Positions 48,123-59,173 of a DNA stretch of 64,000 nt are shown here, piece after piece. Every line of letters starts with the position of its first letter. The stretch's first letter is position 1. The stretch is from Schizochytrium sp. TIO01 (lineage: Eukaryota; Protista; Bigyra: Labyrinthulomycetes), in NCBI GenBank assembly GCA_004764695.1, contig SMSO01000031.1:7112761-7176760 (forward strand), written 5' to 3'. The position numbers were made by a program, and so were the translations under genes. The notes under the pieces are model-generated. The model saw nothing but the letters and a program-made list of their open reading frames with translations, was not told the DNA's origin and did not search any database.

Positions 48123-49819
48123 TATGCAATACGAGAGTCCCAGTAACTGTTAGATAAACTGTACATAGTTCTCGCAAAGCCGTTCTATTTGTTCGGTTTT
48201 CCACATGTAACTCAGGTCCCTGGTGTCAGTCGGTCTCGAGCAACGCCTTCAACAACAGCAACTACAACGACCCCATAATGTGGGGCAATAAAGAAACAAG
48301 TCAAACCTCGAAATTCGAAGCTACGGAACGACAATACTCTTCAAGATTCTGAAACCACCCGATGTGCGCATTCCTGAATTGGCCCGTAGACACCATCTTG
48401 AGCTGCACTTTTGTGTTTCAAGTGTTCTCGCTATTAATCCTTCTCCTGCCTGTTAGCACTTTTGCCAAAGGCCTACTGTCCCCCAAGCACATATGTATGT
48501 ATTTATTAGTTTATTTATTTATTTTTAATAAGGGGAAAAAGTCAATTGCGAAACCGCCAACATTAGGCCTTTTGTTTTGTAATCAAAAGAGGCCCAAAAT
48601 ACCACTAAGCACCTTAAATGTTCTGGGCCCCTCGAGAAGGATATTTAAGGTGGATAAGCCCGCATGCTCGCCATTCGTCTCGCCTAGCAGTACCATAGTG
48701 ACAGCTACCTACTGCCTATGATGTGTTAGGTTTAATGGTACTTACTCTAGAGCTAGAAATTAAACTTCTGTGTGTTCTCTTAGACATTACTACTATTGCT
48801 TGACCTCGCCTGGTACTAGAAACCTGTACCCCAAAAAAATTTGATTCTTTTTTTCTTCTTGGTACCACTGGATGGTAGAAGAAAAAACAATTTCTTATCT
48901 TTTCTTTCTAAAGATTCAAACAAAACTATTAGAAAAAACTATGTTGAATCGTGAAAATGTCCTGGCGAGCCCGCTTTCTTGCACGGCATTTGCCCCTTTC
49001 TGTCTTCGAGAGGCCTCTCTCTTTCCGGGTAATTTCTGCTATGGGAACGTAACAGCCCTCTGGACAGCTGGCCATTCCCTCTCCGCCTCCAGGCACAGCC
49101 TTGGTCGCGAGCAAGTAGACGAAACAGCGGAAGCCCAAGAGACGCTCCATACCTACAGATGTATATATATGTATGTACGAGCAGGAAGCAGCGCAGCTCT
49201 TCTGAAAAGCCAGGAGCCTCAAAAACGCCACTGCTATCGTTAGCGCTAAGAGCTCCTATGGTCCGCCAACCTCTCAAAGTCAATCAATCGATCGATCAAT
49301 CAATCATTTTTAGTTAAGAGAGACAGGAATAAAGAAACCAGCTTTTTATTTTAACACTAGTTAAATAAATATTTACGTACGCACATATACGCTGTATGGT
49401 AAAATCCTACGATCCCTTTGTTTTCTTTCTTTCTTCTTTTAATTAAAACATAATTTTATATCATAGAACAAGCTACAATACAAAACTAAATACTAAATAG
49501 ATCAAAGAAAAGTAAAAAAGGCCACGATCATCGGCATCCTCACAAGGTCAAGGTAACGCAGGTAACAAAGGTAATACGGGGAATGGTAGAGGAAAACAAT
49601 GAATCAAAGGCCGCGCAGCGTTCCCTTTGTTCTCCGCACTCCGTTCATTGATTGGTTTCTCATCCTCTATGTGTCTATGTAGGAGATAGGTAAGCCCTCC
49701 TCTTTTAAAACTTTTAAATTCGTTAAAACAAGGTTGAACAACTTTGAGAAGAGAATTCGGGTATGTAACCTGTAGAACACCCCTTTGATTTGAAAACTGA
49801 TGGTTGAATGGAAGGAGAG

Positions 49820-49950
49820 AAAGAAGAAGAAAGAAGAAGAAAGAAGAAGAAGAAAGAAGGGACAGAAGCAGAGAGGGAAGCGAGAGAACCTGGTCCTCCT
49901 CAATTCTCCTCCTGCTCATCTATCTGTCTGTCTGTCTGTCTGTCTGTCTT

Positions 49951-49985
<35 letters not shown>

Positions 49986-50115
49986 TGTTTGTTTGTTTGT
50001 TTGTCTGTCTGAGCAACAGGAGAGGAAGGAGAGAGCGCCTCCCCTGCAGACGGTCTTTCCTTTCTGCCGGCTTTGCTGCGCTTTTCCTCTCGCTCCGCGC
50101 TCCTGCTTCTGAGGC

Positions 50116-50186
<71 letters not shown>

Positions 50187-50730
50187 TTCTTTGCCTTTGC
50201 CTTTAACTTTTTTTTTCCAATTCCTTCGAAGTGCCTCTACGTACTATTCTGCCTACTTACATAGTTAGTGAGTTAGTAAGTCTCTGAGTAAGTAAGTAAG
50301 TAAGTAAGTAGTAAGTAAGTAGTGAGTGAGTGAGTGAGTGAGTAAGTGCCTCAAACAATCATTTTGGATTAAGCGCGCACATTTGGGCGGGTAGGAGGGG
50401 CTATGGTTTGGTCTAGGAGGTAGGAATCCCGTAGCACTCAGATATCCTAAACACATTCAAATTCATTCGCTCAAATTCATCCAACCACTGCTAGCGGGGC
50501 GCCTATGAGTCCTAGGTGGGTGGCTACTAGCGCGGAAAGAAATAAAGAAGGCGGCCACTAGGAGCGATGATGGTAGATTAAAGGAAACTGTAGGAGTAGC
50601 GAGAAAAGAAGGAGGAAACAAATAAACAAACGAACGAATAAACAAAGAAAGGCGCTAAGGAGAGCCTATCGCTGACTAGGAGTGGATGGCTTATTTATTT
50701 GTTGTGGAGAGGAGAGAGAAATAAACTTAG

Positions 50731-50763
<33 letters not shown>

Positions 50764-51158
50764 TAAGCAGAGAGAAGAAGAAGAAGAAGAAGAATGAGGA
50801 GAGGGAGAAAGTACTTCTACAAAGAGCATCGTTGACCTCATGTTCATCCATTGTATGAGTCAATGAATGATCGAATGTGGTGCTGTTGGTTGATTGAGGG
50901 ATGAATTTGATGCCTTCTATTCCTCCATTCACTCGTTCATTCATTCTCATTCATTCTCATTCATTCATTCTCATTCATTCTCATTCATTCTCATTCATTC
51001 ATTAATTCATTCATTCATTCCGAGTCTCTTATTTTAAAATAATGAAATCAATCATTCATTATGGATAAATAAGGAAATAAATAAATAAATAAATAAATAA
51101 ATGAATAAATAAATCACTCGTTCATAATATTCATTGATAAGCTTTTATCACTATCACT

Positions 51159-51195
<37 letters not shown>

Positions 51196-51211
51196 GCAAC
51201 AACAACAACAG
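49820..51211. repeat. Microsatellite cluster: (AGA), (TCTG), (TTTC), (TAAG), (GTGA), (ATTC), (AAAT), (CAA)
   Basis: Seen directly, upstream of the Pumilio gene. Confidence 0.9.
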
Positions 51212-51777
51212 CGGCGGCAGAAGCGAGCAAGCACCTCTCTGCCTGGCGAGAGAGGCCAGGAGCTCTCCCTCAGCTGCGCAGACCTGGCACGCAGACAACC
51301 GCGCGGGAAGCTAGTCTTCTCAATAGTGGCGCCCTCGAGCGCTGCCACCTCCGCCTCTCGTCGCTTGAGACGAGCCCTGCGGCGCCCATCCATCCATTCC
51401 ACATCCATCCATACATACATCCACTCATCCATCCACTCCCGTTTGCTCATCCAACAAAGCACGTCTACTCAAGACCGAGTAGTCTTCAGCGGGGAGGCAA
51501 GCGCCAAACAGATATATTTAGCTGGGCTGGGCCAGCTCCACCAGCGTCGGTGGCTCGGCTCGGTTTGCCATATTTTCTCCAATAAACCGCTGCCGTCATC
51601 GAGGCAGAAGACATTTATTTGTCATCGCGAGATCTCTAGCTAGATTTCAAGAGCACAAATATTCTTCAAAACTGAATTGTGATTGTAACGCAAACCTCAA
51701 TTGGACATTGTTGTCGACCTGATTGCGGACCTTAATTCGGGCCTCTGTTTAGTCTTCAATCTCAATTTCCAGACACC

Positions 51778-54612
51778 ATGGAGGATATTGAAGACGAGCT
51801 GGCACGTTACGCCGCAGAAACGCAGCAACTAGGCGCCGAAGGACACGGCTCCCACGGCGAGGACGGTGAAGACGGTCCTGAAAGACCTACTTCTGCACCT
51901 CCAACTTTGGACATCACTAACGGAGCTCTGTTTTGGATGCAGCAGGCTGCCTCCGGAGGGGACTCTGGCACCGATGGGATCGCGGTGCCGAGCTCAACCG
52001 GCGCCGGCGTGTCCGTTCTCCATGGATCAGACCACCACCACCCGTTCCTGTCATCCGCAGGTGCCTCACTCCCACCACCAGCAAGCTCGCAGGCACAGGC
52101 ATCCACAGCGACCTCGCCTGGGTCTTCCTCGCTGTCAGCCTCGCAGAGCCACCTTGCTGCGGAGTCTGAAGACACCTTCGAGGACAACTTTGCCTCATCG
52201 TACGAGCCTATGGACAACCGCGACCCTCGTAAACGCACCCAGAGCATCGAAAAGTTTCTCGCACAGAGCCCCGGCAGCATTCTCGGACCGCGTAAGAAGT
52301 ACGTCGAAAACTCAAGCGGTGTGTCTCGCACAGCGACCTCCCACCGTGGTAGCGGATCTAGCTCCAGCACCAACAATGCCAACGCCACGTCTGGAGATGA
52401 TGCTATGCAGTTTATCAACATGGAGAGCCCTGGGCACGCGCTGAAGGGCCTTCGCAAGCGCATCGACGAGCTTGACCTCAACACGGACTATCAGGAGTAC
52501 CACCTCAGCGGCCACCACCACCAACTCCAACATCAGCACCAACAACACCAACAACACCAACAACACCAGCACGTCTCAAGCTTGTTTGCACCGATTAGTG
52601 AGTCGCTTTCAGGAGCGTCGCCGGTGTCACCGGAGACAAATGTGCAGAGCGGCTCCGTGCCTCCGCCCCTGTCACTGCGACACCAGCGATCTGCACCTGA
52701 GATTGACCTGAGCCATCGCCAGAGCTCACTATTACATGACACAACTTCGGATGTCTCTCACTACGACTCAGCCGCAGCGAACTCTGCGGCAGCGGCCGCT
52801 ATGTACCATTACGAGAGTGGCGCAGGTTTAGCTTCCTCCAACGCAGCCCTCTCACCGTCAGCGCCGTCCTCCTCTAACTCTGCAGCCGCGCAGCAGCAGC
52901 AATCATTACACTCAGATGACCAGCACATGCACCACCACCAGCACCAGAGTGGCGTGCCCATGTACCCTCTTAGCTACGACCAGCAGCAAGGCATGTACGT
53001 CCAGGACTCGTACGCCGGATACGGCCAGCAGGCGACCTCCCTGTATGGGTCCGCCTCGTCGGCTTATTACAATGGAGGTCCCAGCTCCAGCGTCCTGCAG
53101 CAGCAACAACAGCAGCAGAAGGTCATGATGAACACCATGGGAATGCCGATGATGTCCCATAGCAGCCACTGGGGCCAGGTCGGCAGCATCCCGCCACCAC
53201 CTCCAGGACCTCCACCTTCGGACTCCGGAATGCACCACAACTCTATGCAGCACCTGGGTATTTCGCAACACCATCACCAACACCACCACCATGACCCCAA
53301 CAGCATGCTGCCTGCAAGTATGATGCACGCTCATCCTGAAGCAGCCTCAGGACCAGGCGGACACCTCAACAATGGCCACGGCAAGGGCGTGGATGCCGGA
53401 AGAGGCAGAGGAGGACGCAAAGGAGGTAGCGGACCCAGTGGACCTGGGAACCGCAGAGGAGGCGGCATGATCGGGGGAAGTAAACGCGGCGGTCGCGGAG
53501 GTGCACAGATGGGACCCGGTATGATGAATGGACGCATCGACACCATGGGAACACCAAACCTCCAGGCCCCGCTCGAAGAGATTCGGGAGTCCATCTTTCA
53601 ACTGTCTAAGGAACAACTCGGATGTAGATTTCTCCAGGTCAAGGTCGATGCAGATGGAGGACGTGCATGCCAAATTATCCTTGATGAGGTTCGAAGCCGC
53701 CTCGTGCTCCTTATGTTGGACCCCTTCGGTAACTACCTCTTTCAGAAGCTCCTTGAGAAGGCCACAGTGGCTCAGCGTGGCATCATGTTGCAAGAGGTAG
53801 AGTCTCATCTCATCGAGGCGGCGCTGAACCTGCACGGAACACGCTCTGTGCAAAAGTTCATCGAAGTAACCGGCGGGGACTCCCCTACCTACGAGCAGCT
53901 CGATGTGATTGTAGAGGCCTTGAAGCCGCATGTCACGAGATTGAGCATGGACACCAACGGCAACCATGTTATCCAGCGCTGTTTGCAGTACATTCCGCAC
54001 GACCGTGTTGGATTCGTGTATGAAACTGTGATTGCCGATGTCCTAGTTATTACACGTCATCGTCATGGCTGCTGCGTGTTCCAGCGCTGCTTAGATGCTG
54101 CGGATGAAACTCAGCGCGCCGCTCTGGTGGACAAGGTCATCGAGCATGCGATCGATCTTATGCAGGACCCTTTCTCTAACTATGTTGTCCAATACGTGCT
54201 CGAAAACGCCATAGGTGATGAGGGAGACCGAATCATCTGTCAGCTCAGGGGCCGTCTTGTGGAGCTTTCGACGCAGAAGTTTTCTAGTAACGTCGTTGAG
54301 AAGTGCCTGGCTCATGCATCCCCGACTTTGCTGGAACCGCTCATCGATGAACTCTGCGAGCGAGATGTCACGCGCGAGCTCCTCAATGACTCGTACGGAA
54401 ACTACGTCGCACAGCGTGCGCTTCATGTGGCAAGCGATAACCAAGGCCTTCGACTCGTTGCTGCCTTTCGCCCTCATATGACCAACCTGGCCACCTCGAA
54501 CGCCTCTTGTGCGCGCCGAGTGTCATCCCGGGTCGTCAAGCGTTTCCCCAATCTTGCAAATGATGCGCTCTTTAGCTCCTTTCTCCAACGTGAGCCCAAA
54601 ACTGTGCCCTAA
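51778..54612 (+). CDS. Pumilio/PUF RNA-binding protein, Puf4/Puf5-like subfamily
   Basis: Eight PUF repeats (GCRFLQ, GNYLFQ, GTRSVQ, GNHVIQ, GCCVFQ, SNYVVQ, SSNVVE, GNYVAQ) after a long Q/H/S-rich region and an RGG segment. Confidence 0.95.
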   Translation: MEDIEDELARYAAETQQLGAEGHGSHGEDGEDGPERPTSAPPTLDITNGALFWMQQAASGGDSGTDGIAVPSSTGAGVSVLHGSDHHHPFLSSAGASLPPPASSQAQASTATSPGSSSLSASQSHLAAESEDTFEDNFASSYEPMDNRDPRKRTQSIEKFLAQSPGSILGPRKKYVENSSGVSRTATSHRGSGSSSSTNNANATSGDDAMQFINMESPGHALKGLRKRIDELDLNTDYQEYHLSGHHHQLQHQHQQHQQHQQHQHVSSLFAPISESLSGASPVSPETNVQSGSVPPPLSLRHQRSAPEIDLSHRQSSLLHDTTSDVSHYDSAAANSAAAAAMYHYESGAGLASSNAALSPSAPSSSNSAAAQQQQSLHSDDQHMHHHQHQSGVPMYPLSYDQQQGMYVQDSYAGYGQQATSLYGSASSAYYNGGPSSSVLQQQQQQQKVMMNTMGMPMMSHSSHWGQVGSIPPPPPGPPPSDSGMHHNSMQHLGISQHHHQHHHHDPNSMLPASMMHAHPEAASGPGGHLNNGHGKGVDAGRGRGGRKGGSGPSGPGNRRGGGMIGGSKRGGRGGAQMGPGMMNGRIDTMGTPNLQAPLEEIRESIFQLSKEQLGCRFLQVKVDADGGRACQIILDEVRSRLVLLMLDPFGNYLFQKLLEKATVAQRGIMLQEVESHLIEAALNLHGTRSVQKFIEVTGGDSPTYEQLDVIVEALKPHVTRLSMDTNGNHVIQRCLQYIPHDRVGFVYETVIADVLVITRHRHGCCVFQRCLDAADETQRAALVDKVIEHAIDLMQDPFSNYVVQYVLENAIGDEGDRIICQLRGRLVELSTQKFSSNVVEKCLAHASPTLLEPLIDELCERDVTRELLNDSYGNYVAQRALHVASDNQGLRLVAAFRPHMTNLATSNASCARRVSSRVVKRFPNLANDALFSSFLQREPKTVP

Positions 54613-55138
54613 AATCATGGCTTTGGAATATTTTCAACTCTCTTTACCTACTAGGTACTTCATTTCGTTACCATTCAGCAACATCAACAACATTACCATT
54701 CGTATCTTCGTTTGCATCATCTACTCCACCCTCTTCTACTACTATCTACAACTTTCATGTTGATCCTTGTTGGGTACTACTGCGCTTGCTCGTCAGGTAT
54801 TATTTTTTCATTTTATAAAACGGTATGTATCATGTATGTTGCAGACTTCACCCTCGTTTCGTTCTTTTTTTGTTTTTGTCTTTTGTTTTTTGCTTCGTTT
54901 TACGATTGTAGTCAGAAATCGCTTGCTCTGTACCTTTGCTTTATGAAACTGAAAGATCCTCGAATACTTGCTTGTGCACGACACCATTGATTTTAACTGA
55001 CGTGCACAATAGTAAGAATGAACTGGTTCTTCTTATTTCCTTTATTCCTCAGGAAATGGAAAAATGAAAACGAAAATAAACAAATAAAACAAATAGTTTT
55101 CTATAAACTAACAATAATAGATACGAGCAACATCCAAA

Positions 55139-56435
55139 CTATTCATTAACAAACCTTGTCAAGTTATGAATTCCCTGCTGCGTGCATTTGTTGCCAGCAA
55201 TGCAACATCCAAACACCATTGCTTCTCGAAGTGTGTGTCCACGAAGAAGAGCAACTATCAAACTACCATTGAACACATCGCCAGCGCCAACAGAATCAAT
55301 AATCGGACCAGTTAGTTCTACCGCAGGGACATGAATGATCTCTGGGCCATTGTTGACATCATCCACCTCCACGTCCTCTCCGAACTCAACTCCGTAGGCT
55401 CCACGCTCGCCCCACGGTACCACGATCTTCTCATTTGGCTTGATGTTTAAAGTCTTCCGCTTCGCCCAGAGCATCTCTAAGAACGGTGGCGCCGAGTCAA
55501 ACCCCTGTGCCTTAACATAATCCTTCCCTATCATAACCACGTCACAGTATCGCAAGAGCTGCAACATATCATATGGAGGTCGCGGCTTCTCAATTTCCAG
55601 CGAAACCGTGCATTCGCTCTCAGTGAAAGCCAACATCCGGCTTACCTCCTCCCCCGAGCGCCCCTCAAAGTGAGCCCACGTGCACGCGCCAGGGATGTAC
55701 ATTCCCTGAAGGTGCTCCAACCTAAGCTCAGGGATGTCTCTATAATGGATGATTGTACGTGAGCCTGTCAAACGAGACTGGAGAATGAACGAAGCTGGGA
55801 TTTGCCCCCTGTTTCCCCGCGACATAGATGGGCACGTCACCAATGCCCTCTTGTGTAAGGGTCTCTCTTATGAAAGCAGCGTTTGGATCAACATGGTCGG
55901 GAGTACTGGAGTACATGAGTCCGCACGCCAGCTGGTCGAACTGACGAGCGGCTCGTACAAGATTGGTGCCATTGCCTCCGACGCGACGGAGACGCCCAAG
56001 ACTACGCATCTCGGAATCTTCTGAAGGAAATGCAGGGATTTCGTCGACGGTGTCAACGCAGGCAATTCCCACAACAAGAAATCGCTCCCAATGAGCAATT
56101 TTACCTCGCTCAAGACGTTCTCGAGATTTACATTTGGCGAGACGAATTTGCGAGCGCTCACGTTCCTCAGTTTCCTCATCCTCCTGACTGCGAGCAGCCT
56201 CCGAATCAGCCACGCGCTTGCGAGAAGCAGCTACAAAAAGACTGAAAGCACGCTGTCCGGATGCCTCCATTAATGTGGCAGCGTCTGCAGAGTGCGCGTC
56301 GGTGATTGCACTTGCGTCAGCATCTTGGCCATCGTTCTCACCGTGGCTCCCAATGGTTTCTTCTTGAGTCTCCGCACCCTCCAGTTCGGAAAGGCGTCTC
56401 TGCACAGAGCTACGGGCCTCGAATGAGTGAAACAT
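55139..56435 (-). CDS. Ketohexokinase-like PfkB carbohydrate kinase, with one frameshift in this assembly
   Basis: VGIACVD, FPSED, RVGGNGTN in the first frame; GSRTIIHY, HFEGR, SLEIEKPR, PWGERGA and DSVGAGDVFN in the second. Removing one G at 55805-55809 joins them. Confidence 0.88.
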
Positions 56436-59173
56436 GAACCCGTGTACTGTGACTCAATACGCAAACCGAGCTTGGGCTTAGGAATTGCAATGGGTCAAAG
56501 GAGATGGATCTGAGATTCTGGCCAATGTTTACCACTCTTTCCTTTTTCTTTTTTTATTAGAAACAAATAAATGAGGCATATATACTTACACCTAGTTTAC
56601 CTGTTATAATAATAACCGAAGTAATAGAATATAAATATGATCAACCTTAGTAATAAGCAATTGAAAAAAACTTGAAAAAACTAGGAAAAAAAACTAATAA
56701 TGCCAATCATAACATGGTTGATAAGAATGACAATCATATTAGTAGGTCTAATAATAACATAATCCTGCCCCTTTTTTAAATTGCTCTTGCAAGCAACCAC
56801 AATACTTTGGTAGCTCTTTTCATAAATCGTGCATGGAATGAATAATATCATGACAATTTTAAGGATAGCAGCACCGGTTTCCCTAGCTGAACCAATGCCT
56901 CTTTTTTACTCTGCTTATACCGCGATAGGGTACCTGGTAGGTGTATGGTTGTTTGGCTTGGGTTTTTATACGAGTTCTAATTAATTAACTCATCATAAAA
57001 AATAGACATTATTTTTTCTAAGGAGTTGCCTCTGAGACCTCTAATGAGCGACAGCCTAAATAAATGTACATGAACTTCTTCAAGTTCTGAGGGCTAATAC
57101 AGCAGCCAGCGACTACGTGGCCAAGAGTAGGTGGGAGGACCTACTTGGTGAAGAAGTAAGTGAAGTCCACATTGTGCATTGCGCATTCGAGGCCAGTGAG
57201 GCAGGTACTCGGTACGAGTATCCTGATGGTGAGAATGAAAAACCCTCGAAACACAGTTTGGATCAGTCACCCATGAGTCCTACACCTTTAAAAGGCAAAA
57301 TGAATATAGTCATTGGGTAAATTTTGTGGCGTGGCGCTGAGACTCATAAATGTATCGAACTAAAAAAGTAAGAAAATATCACCAGAAGGCGATATATGGG
57401 AGGTATCAGAAGGATGTGGAGCGCCCTTAAAGATTATATATGCATGATTTGGCTAAGACATGAAAAGTCTAATATTACTTGGTACCTTGGTACTGGTATG
57501 GTGGGCACTACTCTTTCTTCTTCTTTTTCTTCTTCTTCTTAATTGGTTTTGTTTTCGTGATGTTTTTTTAGAACTTTGATAGAAGGAAATAGAATTTCAT
57601 AACCCACCGGCGATGGTGTTCTGCAACCATCAGAGTAACTACTATTGCATGCATTTATCTAAAACCCAGTGGAGTTTATGAACATGTATCTTCTGTGTAC
57701 TTTTAGCAACTGGGCAACCACTAAGAGGCACACTTTATTTTAAAACCATCTTATTTGCTGGTTTCAAAGTTTGCTCCAGGCAGCAGCTAGAGAAGTAAAC
57801 TAAGTAGGTAGGTTACTTATAAAGTTGAATACACAGTGCCAGATCTAGAATCTTTTATTTTTGTATATATCTGTGTTTGCTCCTGATACAACGCAAGATT
57901 TGAGCGAGCTACAGTATAAAGTCATCAGCTCAATTCATTTAATTTAGGTTTGCGATGCGCCAAGAATAGATTTACAACTGTTGCTTACAAATAAAACTAT
58001 AGATTGATGCTCAACGCCTTTAGAAACTGTATCTTCTATAGACCCCTGGCTGCAAATAGTTCACAGTACGCAGTACGCAGACTTTATGCACCAAGCTCGG
58101 CACCTGATGCGTCAGCGCTGGCAGGTGTATTGTGGAGTTATATCTGAACGTAACGAGGTTTCTTCATGATTGACCATTACGGTTATAGTGAAATAGCCGT
58201 TAGGACAGTCTGGTTAAGAGTAGCTTAGGTGCTATGGTAGTAATCTGAATGTGGGATTAGACAAAATGACACATTCGAGGTCAGAAAGCAAGCAAAATAT
58301 TGCAAACCTTTTGGGGAAAGCATACGTACGATGTTACGATCTCCGAGACCGGTTCAGACAGTGAAACAGTATCCATGTCAGACGGCCCAGGTCATAAAAT
58401 TTCTTGATAGCAAAAGAGCCTCAAAACTAAGTTCGAATCACTGTAGTACACTGGTTTGACGCATACTACTACCAAGTCATAACTTCTAGAGTTTTCTTTA
58501 ATTAGAGAGCTTACAAAGTGTTCGTTACATTTGGTAACATCGCCATAAGTAACAATGGGGGTGGACCGTCTGTGATGGCTTGAGGACGTAGAGGATTGAT
58601 TGAATTGCAGAAATAAATTCGGAGAAGCTAGTACAAAGAATGTCTTTCTCGCTCCAGAAGCCATAGGGCAGGAACTCAATATTTTCGACTGCTCCCGCCT
58701 CCATCTCATTCTACTCTGCATGCGTGTTTACATGCTTGTTTGTTTGTTTATTTGTTACAGCCAGTTTTTATTTTTACATTCCCACAATTTCCTCATTAAC
58801 GTGCAGAATTGCAATCCAATGAACGATATATGTGCTAGTGCTTCTTAAGCGTGCAGAAAGTAAGAAGGTTTTGTTACCTGAGCAGCCATTTGATTATGTT
58901 AAGGGAGAAGGTGCGAAGAACTAATACTACTTCTGTAAATATACGCCAGAAACCTTTTCAGAGAGCCAAGCTGTAGACGGCCTCGGTGGGCGGAGGTTGC
59001 CCTCCTTTGTACGAACAGTCCTCTCCAGACACTGTTTATGCTGGTTTGGCGTTGCTCGGGGCCCGGCAAAGAAGCAAGTACGGTTGAAGTCCTTGCCTAG
59101 ACCTTCATGAATTAGACGCTGCATACGCCAGAAAGCGGGGGAGAATTCAAGTCCTTTGCCTGGCAGCCACGCT

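Noticed and set aside
54613-54990. UGUA motifs in the PUF 3-prime UTR suggesting autoregulation
   Set aside because: None matches a full UGUA-N(2-4)-UA element convincingly, and UGUA is common in AT-rich UTRs.
57117-57320. 67-aa GTG-started ORF
   Set aside because: No ATG, flanked by stops and no recognisable motif; at most a relic.
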